A DNA stretch of 60,000 bases. Origin: Felis catus. Taxonomy: Eukaryota. The position numbers were made by a program, and so were the translations under genes. Each line of letters starts with the position of its first letter. The first letter of the stretch is position 1. Positions 22,545 to 35,250 of the stretch are shown here, piece after piece. Below the pieces are notes generated by a model that did no database searches, was not told the DNA's origin, and saw only the letters and a program-made list of their open reading frames with translations. The stretch is from contig NC_058373.1 of NCBI RefSeq assembly GCF_018350175.1, positions 111,044,001 to 111,104,000 of the forward strand, read 5' to 3'.

Positions 22545-22870
22545 TTTTTGTAACAGCTTTGAGATACAATTCAGATATCGGATATCATAATTCACCCATT
22601 TAAAGTGTACAATTCAGTGGTTTTTAGTCTATTGACAGAGTTCTGCAGCCATCACCACGGTTAATTTAGAACATATTCGTCACCGCGCAGAGAAATTCTG
22701 TCCCCCTTAGCTATCCCCCTCCCATCCCTCTGTTCCCAGCCAGCCCCTGGCAACCACTTCAGCTGTGGATTTGCCTCTTCTGGACATTTCGTATAAACAG
22801 AATGATACAATATGTGGTCTTTCTGTGACAGCTTCTTTTACTTAGCATGGACTTTTCAAGGGCCATCTGA
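22545..22870 (-). mobile_element. L1MB-like 3' end
   Basis: aacagctttgagatacaattc..tttaaagtgtacaattcagtggtttttag. Confidence 0.8.
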
Positions 22871-24057
22871 TGCTTGAAGCACAGTGACTCCCATTTGCTC
22901 TTTGGTTTAAAGTCAAACTCCCCACGCATTTATAAGTCCTGCGTGGTCTGACGCCTCTGTACCTCTCCCGTCTGATTGCTCATGGCTCACTACCTTGTAC
23001 CTCTGCTCCCACTGAACTGACCCTACACAAACGTGCCACATTGTTCCCTTCCTGAAGCGCCTGCCCCATCCCCTTCTTTTTGGCTGGCTAACTCATGTCC
23101 CGGGTCTCCTTCGTTTCTTGACGTAGTGCTGTGTCCTTTGGGAAGTTAGTTCTGATCCTCTGTGCCTTCCTGTGTGCTGCCAGAGCCCGTCAGGCTTTCT
23201 GTTTGTCGGATGGGGCCCCGGCTGCCAGTGGCTCATCTGTGTCCACCTCTGGACACAGGGCTGTAGCTCTGGGGAGCAGGGTCAGTGTCCACTGATCCGT
23301 GCAGGATGCTCGGCCCTCACAGAGTGGGCACTCCCTGAGTCCTGACCCTTGGAGCTCCTTGAAAGAGAAAGTGAGTCTGTCCTTCTCTTCTTCTTTGTGA
23401 TCTGGAATCTGCTCTCCCTGCTCCCTGAACTCTCCTAAGGTCACCAGCCACTTTATCGTTTGTCCTCTTTTTCCTCAGTCTTGCCGCGTCATCTGCGACT
23501 GTTAAATACCTCCATGGAGGTCCCTCCTCCTGTTTCACCTGGGACACAACATTGCCTTTGTCCTCCTCCCACATATGCAGCGTTCTTTAATTCTCTCCTC
23601 TGGCTCCTCAGCCTCTGAGCCCTTAAGGATGGGTCCTCCCCCAGTTCAGCATACAGATTTTTCTCTCTGCTTTGTCCTCTACTCCTGCAGCCTCACCTGT
23701 CACCTGCATGCAGGTAAATGACTCCTAGTCTGTCTGTGTCACTTGGAGCCTTCTCCTGAGCCTCACATGTGTTTCCAACAGTGCGACTGATGTCCTCACC
23801 CACATAGACTTCCCGTGCCATACAGCCCACCTGCCCGTGGGTCACCATGGTGTTAAGCCCCGAGTGCTCTAAGGACTTCTACTCTGGTAGATTCTTGGCA
23901 CCCGCCTTACCCAGTGTTCCCACCTCATCTCTCTCCACGCTTAGTGCTTTCACTCAGTCTACTTTGTAAATACATGTTGAACGCCTACTGCTGCCAGAAA
24001 ATTTTTCTAAAAGCTTAGTTTTTTTCATTTTTTTTCTCAGCTCAAAGCCTTCAGGAC

Positions 24058-24890
24058 TTCACCTTATACATGGCTAGAATGAAAAAGACAAGAAATAACA
24101 AGCATTGGTGAGGATGTAGTGGGAAAAGAACCCTACTGCACTGTTGGTGGAATGCAAACTGATGCAACCACTGTGGAAGACAGTATGGAGGTTGCTCAAC
24201 ATTTAAAATAAGAAATACCATATGATCCAGTAATTCCGCTACTGGGTATTTACCCAAAGAAAGCAAAAAAAACTAATTTGAAAAGATATATGCATCCCTG
24301 TGCTTATTGCAGCATTATTTATAATAGCCAAGATATGGGGGCACCTGGGTGGCTCAGTTGGTTAAGCGTCCGACTTCGGCTCAGGTCATGATCTCGTGGT
24401 TCGTGGATTTGAGCCCCAGGTCAGGCTCTGTGCTGACAGCTCAGAGTCTGGAGCCTGCTTCAGATTCTGTGTCTCCCTTTCTCTCTGTCCCTCCCCCACT
24501 TTTGCACCCCCCCCCCCAAATAAATAAACATTTAAAAAATTTATAATAGCCAAGATATGGAAGCAACCCTGAGTGTCCATCAATAGATGAATGGATAAAG
24601 ATGTGGTATATATACATAATGGAATATTACTCAGCCATAAAAGAAGAATGGGATCTTGCCATTTGCAACAACATGGATGGACCTAGAAGGTATTATGCTA
24701 AGTGAAATTAGTCAGACAGAGATATTGGTGATAGATGGTAGCTTCACTTGTGGTGAGCACAGCATAATGCATAAACTTGTTGAATCACTCGGTTATGCAC
24801 TTGAAACTGATGTTAACATTGTGTGCCAACTATGCTTCGATAAAAAAATAAACACAGTTGAAGTGGAAAAAAAAAAAAAAAGAAGAAGAA
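24058..24890 (+). mobile_element. Carnivore L1 3' fragment with a nested Can-SINE (24337-24538)
   Basis: L1 ORF2 end (PFATTWMDLEGIMLSEISQ) and A tail; SINE flanked by an approximately 20-bp TSD atttataatagccaagatat. Confidence 0.9.
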
Positions 24891-25096
24891 GAAAACCTCC
24901 AGGGTCTACCTTTGCCTACTAAAATTGAGTGGAAATTCCTTAGCTGGCATCCCAGACCCCTATAAAAGGGCTTGCATTGCCTTTTTGGCCATTTGTCCTT
25001 TATTCCTAATATTCAGGCCAGATTCCCCCACACCTCTGGCACACTTTATACCTGTGCTCCACCATACAGTGGCCATTTGCCTACCGCAGCTATTTA

Positions 25097-25336
25097 TTTA
25101 TTATTTTTTTAAAAAAAATATTTTTTTTCAACGTTTATTTTTTTTATTTTTGGGACAGAGAAAGACAGAGCATGAACGGGGGAGGGGCAGAGAGAGAGGG
25201 AGACACAGAATAGGAAACAGGCTCCAGGCTCCGAGCCATCAGCCCAGAGCCTGACACGGGGCTCGAACTCCCGGACCGCGAGATCGTGACCTGGCTGAAG
25301 TCGGACGCTTAACCGACTGCGCCACCCAGGCGCCCC
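25097..25336 (-). mobile_element. Young Can-SINE inserted in a MER3/MER33-like hAT relic that continues to about 25510
   Basis: CpG-rich subfamily; perfect TSD ccgcagctattta at 25084-25096 and 25339-25351. Confidence 0.92.
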
Positions 25337-25854
25337 TCCCGCAGCTATTTAAACTTAAATTAACTAAAATGCAACAAAATTTGAAATTCATCTCCTCAGT
25401 CACACTGGCACACTTCATGCGCCCAGTAATCGCTTGTGGCTGGTGGCTGCTTGTTGGATAGCACAGATACCGTTCCCTTCATCGCTGACCAAGTTCTTTT
25501 GGACAGCACTCGTCTGAACCTGTTCATTTCTTTTCCTCCTGGCTACTATCTCCTCACCCTCTCTACCAGTAAACATTTTTTCCCTCTACCGTGGCCACCC
25601 GCCTTATACTCCTCTTCTTCCACACGACCTTTCCTGATCGTTCCTTTCTTAATGAGATGCCCCCAGCCCCTGGATTTAGAGCCTTGGTAGTATTTTATCT
25701 GTTTCCTTCATGAAATCTACCCATTTGTTTTTTATATTGTAGCCACTTGTGTCTTTAAGTCATTTCCAGTACTGAACTGAGAGACTTTCTGAGGTGAAGA
25801 CTACATTAATGGCTTTACTCTGAGCATGGTATGGTGGGAGTTCAATAAACAATT

Positions 25855-26233
25855 TTTGTTTTATTTTATTTTATTTTATTTTATTTTATTTTATTTTATT
25901 TTATTTTATTTTATTTTATTTTATTTTATTTTATTTTTTTAAGTTTATTTGAGAGGGGCATCTGGATGTCTCGGTTGAGCGTCCAACTTCAGCTCAGGTC
26001 ATGACCTCGCAGTTCGTGAGTTCAAGCCCCGCATCGGGCTCTGTGCTGACAGCTCAGAGCCTGGAGCCTGCTTCAGATTCTGTGTCTCCTTCTCTCTCTG
26101 CCTGTCCCCCACTCAGGCTCTGTCTGTCTGTCTCTCTCTCTCTCAAAAAACAAAACCAAAACAAAAAAAAAACTCATTAAAGTTTATTTGAGAGAGAGAG
26201 CGTGCATGTATGTGAATGGGGGAGGGGCAGAGA

Positions 26234-26271
<38 letters not shown>

Positions 26272-26398
26272 ATCCCAAGTAGACTCTGCACTGTCAGTGC
26301 AGAGCCCGACTTGGGGTTTGAGCCCACGAACCATGAGATCATGACCTGAGCCGAATCAAGAGTCAGAAGCCTAACTGACTAAGCCACCCGGGTGCCCC
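25855..26398. mobile_element. Minus-strand Can-SINE with long (TTTTA)n tail, interrupted by a plus-strand Can-SINE (about 25955-26179)
   Basis: Inner SINE flanked by TSD aagtttatttgagag at 25941-25955 and 26180-26194. Confidence 0.9.
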
Positions 26399-27220
26399 AA
26401 ACAGTTTTGGAATGGATCACCTAGAAAACAGAACAGTTCTTTTTTAATTTGTGTTATCAGTAAGCACAGGGGATGTCTTGCCGTTCTGTTCTTTTTTCAT
26501 TCCTTCTGTAACCACACAGGCCTCTTCTGTGAGACCAAGCGAGAAGTGTGGCCCCCTGCAGCCCCTGTCCTTTGCCCTGCTCATGCAGGTGGCCACAGGA
26601 GGCACATTCCACCTTACAGGCCAGTGTTGCTGACGTCAGTGCCAAGGAGAGCGGCTGGCTGCAGAATACGATTATGATCCCCTGGCCAGGGCAGTGGGTC
26701 AGCACGCAGGAGGTGGAATTTCGGGGAGGGAATAACAGACGCATAGCTGAGGGGCAGGCAGGGTATGAACGACCCACCTCGGAGAAGTGACCCCAGAAGA
26801 AATGGCTGAAATGACAGAGGCTAACCAAGTCAGGAAAGTGGTGAGGCTCAGATTGGAATTGCTTACAGGGTGGGGAGCCACAAGATGTGTGTTCACAGTG
26901 AAACCCTTCAGGAGCTTTCTGGACGGTTTGTCATCGCCTGGCCTGTGTATTCACTGTGGCTTTTCACTTAGCCCAGAGTCACCTACCGTGAAGGAGAGGA
27001 ACTCACCCAGAACATTTGCCAGCACGTTTTCAGATGTGTTAGGGACATTCAGGTGCTGGCCGCCTCTCTCTAGTTTCGCTACCCTTGGGAGCTGAAGGGG
27101 ATGCTGGTTACGTACTTGTTGGTGGTAGGGGGTGGGGGATTGTCCCAAAGCTGGGAGTGTCTGTGTGTGCACACGTGTTCTGTAGCGGGGTGGAGATTTT
27201 CAAGCTCCATGTCTTTCCAG

Positions 27221-27293
27221 GCTTATTTTGCAGAGGGAGAAGCACTTCCATTACCTGAAAAGAGGCCTTCGACAGCTGACCGACGCCTATGAG
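27221..27293 (+). CDS. FNTB: FNTB coding exon 3 (LILQREKHFHYLKRGLRQLTDAYE)
   Basis: tttccag|GCTT...TATGAG|gtaagt; 73 nt, phase 2 to 0. Confidence 0.97.
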
Positions 27294-28147
27294 GTAAGTA
27301 TACTGCCCAGGAGCTCCGTCAGATGGTCAGCCAGACAGTCCTCCTTTTTTCTGTTGGAATGTAAAACACCCATGGCCTGGCCTCCTGCAGAGTCACTCTT
27401 TGTACCACGTGGCTGTGGCAGGAAGTAGGTTCATGGGGAGTGGGGAGCCTGGGCCACAGGGCTGGGACTCCCACTTCTGAAAGCGCAGAACCAGGTCTCT
27501 TCCAGTCTTCTCCTCCCCACCCCCCCACCACCCCCAACCCAAGGACAGAGCACCCTAGATGGGGTGGCGCTTTCTTGCACCGTTAGATCACAGTGAGGGG
27601 TTCTGGTGCTTTCTGCTGGATGCCCCTTGCCAGCTAGCTGAAAGGCAGTTACCTGTCCATCGCTAATCCTTTGCCCTATAAGCCGATCTAATTCCTATGC
27701 TGGCCAAAGGATCAGCATATAAATCCCATCGAGGGCTAACGCAGTTTAGCACTATAAAAATGCCCACGCTTAGAGTGCATTTTAAATCCCATTCCTCAGA
27801 GGGTTCTACCGAGGGGCCTCAGGGGAGGGCAGTGGTGGTGGAGGAGGTGGGGGGGAGGGTGTTGGGAAGGTGGCAGGCAGAGGACAAATGTCAACAGGAG
27901 GGCCCCAGTCTTTCTGCTTTACTTTACACACAGCAGCCTTGCTTTTCATTTGCTTTTTATATGGGGGTCTACATTTGATTATTTGCAGCAGGGATTGTCC
28001 AACTGAAATGCCGGTAGACCCAAGCAGGTGGCATAAATACGAGAAGTGGGCGGGTGGGAGGGAGACTGAGGCAAACCAAAGGCCCTGTGCTTTTCCTCTG
28101 TTGCTGCCAGGTGCTGCTATCCAGGAACGCAGACCCAGGCTTGCCAG

Positions 28148-28152
<5 letters not shown>

Positions 28153-28196
<44 letters not shown>
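28153..28196. repeat. (TC)n microsatellite
   Basis: Directly visible. Confidence 0.97.
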
Positions 28197-28199
<3 letters not shown>

Positions 28200-28429
28200 T
28201 TTTTCAAATGAAGCCAGATTTCTGTGTGAATCTCCCAATGCTTAAATGTTGCAACTGATTCTAATTAAAAAAACAACATGCTACAGGGAACAAGCAGAAC
28301 AGGTCCCCGGGCTAGACCTGGCCTTGGCGCAACATTTTCAATCTTTGCTGTGAGTCCTCTGTAGTTAGGGTGCAGTCAGCCCTGATACAGTTAATACCGT
28401 ACCAGGGAACAGTTGAACAGAGGGCTGAA

Positions 28430-28815
28430 AGCTTACCATGCCTTATCTCATTTAATCCTCACAGCTACTAGGTGAGGTAGGTGAGTATTTCTTACAGATA
28501 AGGAAACAGGCCTAGGAAGATTAAGTCATTGCTCAAAAGCACATAACTGTAAGCGGAAGAGCTGGGACTGCAACCCAGACAGGCCAGAACCACACCACTT
28601 GCTCCCCAGGTGGCAGCCTCACCACAGCCAGAATGATCAGCACATTTATGAGGGGGGCAGCTTGGGCCACTGGAAAGAGCACTGGTGTGGGAGTCCCAAA
28701 AACCTGACTTCCTGTCTCAGCTTTGACATTTGATGTCTTTGTAATCTGGAAAAAGTTCATCTCTCTGGACCTTATTTATATACTTTTAATCTGGAAAACT
28801 GAAATAATAATACTA
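28430..28815. mobile_element. Two MIR fragments in opposite orientations
   Basis: ctcatttaatcctcaca..ttacagataaggaaacagg..; then ctctctggacctt..atctggaaaactgaaataataatactacc. Confidence 0.7.
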
Positions 28816-29581
28816 CCTTCCTGCCTAGCCTTGAATGCTCAGTACAGGTTTGTGGGTTGAATCAGGATACAAAGCTGTTCACATATGACCTTGGGAAGCC
28901 TTTCCCAGCCCCCCCAGGCAGAATTAGGCTCTTCATGTGCTCCCTCAGGATTCTGCTTCTGCCCATTACAGCATATACCGTCATTCAGGTACATGTATAC
29001 ATGTGATATGTGCCATCTTGTTCCGTAAAGCGATAAGGTAACTTGTGCTTAAACGCATCTGTCCAGAGCCCTCTTCCTCTGCAGATAAACACACACATTC
29101 TATATCCGAAGAACCTCAACAGTAGGAACTGAATTTTATTCATTATTTTGCCCGCAGTATCTAATGCAATGCTTGGCCCACACAAGGACATGCTAAATAT
29201 TTGTTGAATCAGTGAGTGAGTTAATCCCAGGAAATCCCTTTCTGAGAGTATATATCGACTTGGGTCTGCACTGAGAAAACAGCATCACTTAACTTCCCGG
29301 CATGTGGGCACTCCTCTGCTCAGCCTTCCTTAGGTGCCTATCAGGGAAGGACCCAGTGGGGGCAAGGTAAACTTCTTTGTCCCATTGTCCTTTCTGCACA
29401 TGTGTTCATTTCAGCTGCTGGCTGGGGCCACAAAGCAAAGTGTCCTTCATTCATTTATTGTTCATAGGGTGCCTTCCTCCCCCTTTCTAAGCTGCTGGGG
29501 TGAGACAGATGTTGCCTTGTCAGCAGCATCTTGGAATGATTCTGAACAAGGGATGTGTTTTCTCCCCTGTGCCTTTCACAG

Positions 29582-29673
29582 TGTCTGGATGCCAGCCGCC
29601 CATGGCTCTGCTACTGGATTCTGCACAGCTTGGAGCTACTAGATGAACCCATCCCCCAGATGGTGGCCACAGA
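29582..29673 (+). CDS. FNTB: FNTB coding exon 4 (CLDASRPWLCYWILHSLELLDEPIPQMVATD)
   Basis: tttcacag|TGTCTG...ACAGA|gtgagt; 92 nt; contains W102 and W106 of the CaaX pocket. Confidence 0.97.
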
Positions 29674-31399
29674 GTGAGTCTGGCTTCAGGGAACCTGGGC
29701 TGTTCTCTGAAATTCTGTTTTGAGTTGGGGGGTTCCTTGTGTTTTGTTTCTGTTTTATTGATTTTGAGTGAAAAACACATCATGCTACAAAGAAATCCTT
29801 GCCCTCCTCTTGACCCCAGTAACTTCCTGAAACTCCTCCACTCTAGAAGCCTATTGTGAGCTCGTGGGTAGAACAAGACTTTGAACTCCCAAGAGAAGGA
29901 TTCTGGTTTCTTCTGTGGCCTTTTCTTTTGGCTCTTGCTCTGGTCTTGGAGAAAATTCTTCATCATCAATTCTGAGAGACGTGATTTTGCTAGAAAGTAC
30001 AGTATGCATTTGAATAGCTTCTGTGAGGAAGCATGTGCCAAGCTAATAAGCAAAAATGCCTTTGCCTTTCATAAACACCTCCATAGACATCCCCCTTCAC
30101 CAGTGCCTGGGGGATAGTGTAGCTCTTGATGTCCTAGATGGGTTACACCCTTGGTGCCCAAATGCCTTGACTCAGAATATTCTCAAACTTCTGATTTATG
30201 AGTAGAGATCTAAGCAACTAAGATTCTTCCCAAACTGCTGGTGCAGATGGTGTTCTGGGAATGAGTGTGGCACCTCATCCCTAGAAGCTCATCACAATTT
30301 ATACTTTAAAGAAGAAACTTTAGGGATACCTGGGGTGGGAAAGGGCAGCCAGGAATGGAATCTAATGCTCCAGGTCTCACTGAGAATAAGCACGTTCCCT
30401 TGGAGGCATCTTGAGTTCACCTGCTCCCCTGGTGCTCCTGAAGGAGAGGAGTCTGGGAGGAAAGGCCCGCGAGCCAGGTCCGTTTTTCCACAGCACCAGT
30501 GACAGCCGTGCAAGGGTGCGTGCAGGCTAGTCCAGGCCCCCCCCCCCTCTAGTCCCCCTGCCCCTGCCTGGGGTCACACTGTCAGGTCAGAAGAACAGAA
30601 CCACACATTGTCTCATTCGTTCTGCCTTAACAATAACCTCTCATTCTTGCCTTCCTGGGCAGGGTGTCTTGTGATGACTATGGATAGGGAAGATAATGAA
30701 GAATTAGACCATTAACCCCTGTGATATGTACGGAGCTTTCTGAGAGAGAGGAAAAATATGCATTGTCCTCATCATGCGGCTGCTGCAAGCCTGGGTGCTT
30801 CTGGCTCTGGAAGTAGAATTGGACACAGTTTCTGCAATAACAGGAATTTAATTGTCAAAATAAAGGCCCATGTGTTTTTGAAATACCAGTTGGGGGTTGT
30901 GGATTGTTTAGAAAATTTCTCCCCCACACATACACAATCAGGATGCACACTAGGGGAAATGCGAGAGTCGTACACGAGAGAAGAAAAAAAGCGATGGAAG
31001 ATTCTGGAAGAGGGAAGTATAGGTGGGCCCCCGAGGAGGACGTAGTTGCTGAAGAGGAAGCACTCAGGTCAAACTGGGGTCAGCATCGATTTTGAGTTTC
31101 TTTCTAGGTTGTATACCTAGTGTTTGATAGGTGAGACTTTGCTGAGGAAATAAGTGTCAGAGCAGCTCTCGTGGCAACATCAGGTAGGAAGAGAGGGCCC
31201 CCTTGAAAGGGCTTTTCACAGTGAACAACTAGCGACAACCTAAACATCAACAGTAGGGATGTGTTAAAGTGTATATGAAGTTTAAGTAAAATATGGTACA
31301 ATACATACAGTGAAATACTGTGCAGCCATTTAAAAACTTGACGATGTTAATTGTACTTATTATAGTGGTCATTTCACAGTATGTACAAATACTGAATTG

Positions 31400-31576
31400 C
31401 ATATAAGTATATAAAAACATATAATATATAAATATATAATATATAAAAACATATAATATATAAATATATAATATATAAAATATATAATATATATAATACA
31501 TATATATGATATATGATATATAATATATAACCAGCCATATATATGTATGCGTATATGTATATATGGCTGGTTATAT
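31400..31576. repeat. TA-rich low-complexity tract with a 32-bp tandem duplication and a 19-bp perfect inverted repeat
   Basis: atataaaaacatataatatataaatatataat occurs twice (31409-31472); hairpin arms 31525-31543 and 31558-31576. Confidence 0.92.
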
Positions 31577-32894
31577 GCATAGAGAAAACCAGAAAGGTAT
31601 ATACACACTTGGCAATAGTTATTTCTAGATGGTGAAGTTAAAGGTGAATTTTCTTCGGTTTTTTTTCCTAAGCCTATTTCCATGTTCTAAAACTTTATTT
31701 ATTGTTTTCGTACTTAAAAGAATGTTTTAAAACTAAAAAGCTACTTTGTTCTAATTTCACGAACCAGTTGGTAGTGAATGACTTAAGAATTTCTGCTTTC
31801 ACAGCTGCCTTAAAATCTTTACGTGTGGTTCTTCTGATTTAACAGACTTTTAAAGAATTACTTAGGCTTTCCAACAACAATGTATTTTGTTTCATGCCTA
31901 GCAGACAGTTCAGTCTAGGTCCAGATAATATCTGTTATCAACAGAGCCTAGTAGCTCTGACCTATAAGGAAATGAACTATTTTTAGTAAGATAGGATAAA
32001 TCTTAATGATTTCTGTAAAAATGCTGGGATTTTTAAAAGACTCTCTGATATCGGATGTATTTTGCACAGAGAAAGGAAATGCTTTGAAAATATGGTCAGC
32101 TTTCTGTCCCCTTCTTCTTCATATAACTATTAAGGTGCAGAGTTTAGCTCTGGAGTTTTATTATTTTCCTGCCCTTTTCTTTCCCCACTCTGCCACTTAG
32201 CGCAGGTGACACGCACATACACACACATTTCTCTCTCCTATTTCGTTCACCTTTGCGCTTCTGTTTAGGGAACAAGATGGCAAGCTGAGTTCCCTCTAGT
32301 GGACAAAATCACTTTCTCAGCTACTGTGACTGTTAAGAGAAGCCAGCAAGACCAGGTTTTTACTGCTGGTCTCAGATCTTTCAAAAACAACATATTCATA
32401 GGTAGGAACGTAGCCTGCCTCTCTAAGAGGTTGTGTCCACAAATTGATATGTATGTTTACCTGAAATAAATTGATATTTTGGTACCAAACTAAGTACATT
32501 TGTTAATGATTTTAACGGAAGGAAGGAAGCGTCCTTTAATGAGAATCCCATGCTTCGTTATTGAAAAGTACCGTAACATAACACACAGAGTAAAGTGAAA
32601 TCACAGGGAGACCGCTGCATTGTTGAAGTTAGTTTTCTAGCTTCTATAAGATCTAAAAATTGTCTTTAACTTCATTGTTTTAAGACTTTTCTGCTTATGA
32701 AGTTTTTCCAAATGTTCATTAGTTTAAATTTTCGTGTGTCACTGTTTTGCTATTTCCCCTTCAAAAAGTTATTCGTAGCTGATCCCCTGAATAGCTCTTC
32801 AAATATTTTTCCTTTTAATTTTTAAATGTAATTTGTTGCCTTACCTTTCTGTGAAGGTACCTTACCTAGTCCTCTGCGTTCTGGGCTTTTTTTG

Positions 32895-33025
32895 GCCAGG
32901 TGCTCCTGGTGTCGAGTAGGTAGAGGAGGGCAGGGGTGCTCCCAGATTTCCTCCACAGGTCAGTTCCCACAACGAACAACCACACAGTCCAAAATATCAG
33001 AGTGCCAAGGTGGAGAAACTCTGCT
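32895..33025 (+). mobile_element. MER20-like hAT fragment
   Basis: gtccaaaatatcagagtgccaaggtggagaaactctg terminal motif. Confidence 0.65.
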
Positions 33026-33519
33026 CTACAATAACCAACTTTAGACTTGACCTTACCTCCAGAACAGCAGCTTCCAGAGGATGACTGTGCTTGATAGAGT
33101 CAGACAATGTGTCAGACTCCATGGGCGGCTCCCGCCTCCTGGAATCGGTGAGAAGCCTGTCATTTCCACCTGCTCACTGCTGTGCTCTGCTAGGGAAGGA
33201 GCTCTTCTCTCCCTCGTACTAAGCTGGAGTTGTTTTATGGTATGAAATTCAGAAGCCTTAGTACTAGAGGAAGCTGGATGTCCATGCATCCATCTTCTAT
33301 TGGCATCTCCCCGCAAGCCGTCCTGCTCAAGGATGACCATTCCTTTCCCAAAGCTGTGATCTTTCTAACTTGTTCTCGGCCTTCAGTCTGTCCATGGTAA
33401 CCTACTGTGGTGCCGAAGGTTTTCTTAAATCTTCTCTAAATTCTGCTGCTGCAAACTAGCTTCAGTGTTTGTTTCTCTACCAGAAAGTTTGCGTACCTAC
33501 CCTTTGTATACCTGAGGTA

Positions 33520-34038
33520 TTTTTTTAAACTTAAAAAAATTTTTTTTAGTATTTATTTTTGAGAGAGAGAGTGATACACACAGTGTGAGTGGGGGAGGGG
33601 CAGACTCAGAATCCAAAGTGGGCTCCAGGCTCTGAGCTGTCAGCGGAGAGCCCGATGTGGGGCTTGAACCCACAAGACTTGAGATCATGACCTAAGCCGA
33701 AGTCAGATGCTCAACTAACTGAGTCACCCAGGCGCTCCTGTATACCTGAGGTATTTTGCTGGGTAGCTTCCTCATGGTGGTGGTTGCCTGTAATATTAAG
33801 CCTTTTAATATTTGGCCATTTTTACAGTTATTATTTTTTTAAGTTTATTTATTTATTTTGAGAGAGAGCACATGCAAGCAAGTGGGGGAGGGGCAGAGAG
33901 AGGGAGAGAGAGGATACCAGCAGGCTGAGCGCTGACAGTGCAGAGCCTGATGCAGGCTCGAACTCACGAACCGTGAGATCATGACCTGAGCCAAAATCAA
34001 GAGTCGGACGCTTAACCAACTGAACCACCCAGGCACCT
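33520..34038 (-). mobile_element. Two Can-SINEs (33520-33738; 33830-34038)
   Basis: First copy has TSD tgtatacctgaggtatttt. Confidence 0.92.
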
Positions 34039-34574
34039 GTGTTTTTATAATTCTAACCTGAACCTCCTTTTAGTTGGAAAATGGAGGTTTGAGCCAAATA
34101 CAGTTGTGACCAGCGCTGCGTTTATGATGCTCTTAAGTGTTGTCGTTTTTGTCCACAACTCGTGGGTCCTAATCTCTGTCCTCTTTCTCCTGTATTCCTA
34201 GTCCTTTCCCGTTGTATATTGATATGCTGTACTCCTCCCCACTCCTGCCGTCCCTGAGTATGTTATTTATTACTTGTACTTGTTTCATTTGTTGTATTCT
34301 TATGTGCTTCTGATTTGTCTTATATTATTCCGGACTTTAATTCTCACCTTGGCGGTGTTTCTCTGCTCCTTTTGTATTATTTTGCTTGTTCTCTGTACAT
34401 GGTTTTGAGTACTTCATTCAAGTTGGTGACAGCAATGCCCATAATCTTCAGCCATCACCTGAAAGTCCGAGTAACTCCTTAGAAGTAAATCATTGATACT
34501 CTTGCTTTGAACTTGATCTTCTTACAGGTTTTACCTACTTTTTAATAGTTGAATGATAGAGTGTTGGTGTTCAG

Positions 34575-35250
34575 GAGAACTTTCCACAACAATGGAAATG
34601 TCCTCTATTCTGTGGTAGCCACGGGGGACGTGTGGCTATTGAACAGTTGCAATGTGGCTTGTATGACTGAGGAGCTAAACATTAAATCAATTCTTAAACG
34701 TAATTAAATTTAAAATTTAAATAGCCTCACGTGGCTCGTCACTACCTATTGGACAGCACAGATCTTTCTCATTGCTACCAAAAATGTGATTCCCCACACC
34801 AGTGGCATTGCCATCAACTGGGGCTTGCTAAAAGTACTGACTTTCTAGCCCATCCAGCCCTTCTGAGCCAGAACTGCAGTTCAGCAGGTTCTCAGGTGAT
34901 TTCCATGCGCACTCAAGTTTGAGAGGCACTGATACTTGGCTGTACATTGGAGTCACATGGGAATTAAAAAAAAAAAAACAAACTGTGGCCACTTGGGTCT
35001 CACCCTCAGTGATCCTGATTTCATTGGTATTGGGTGTGACCTGGGCATTGGGTTTTAAAAAACATCCCCCAAGTGATTCTAATTGCTCAGCCAAGACTTG
35101 TGGTTCTCAAACTTTGTGTGTACACACGTCATCTGGGAATTTGGTGAAAATACAGAGGCCCAGGCTTGTTCCTGCTTCAAGAAGCCTGGGCCTCTCTTTT
35201 CTCTATTAGCTCTCCCATGATTGTGATGCACACATTTTGGGTTTGGAAAT
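34575..35250. mobile_element. MER3-like and MER5-like hAT-Charlie relics
   Basis: atgtggct..tgactgaggagctaa..tattggacagcacag; caggtgatt..gcactcaagtttgagaggcactg. Confidence 0.7.

Noticed and set aside
29520..30053. 177-aa minus-strand ORF overlapping exon 4
   Set aside because: No recognisable domain, non-ATG start and no clear splice boundaries; likely chance.
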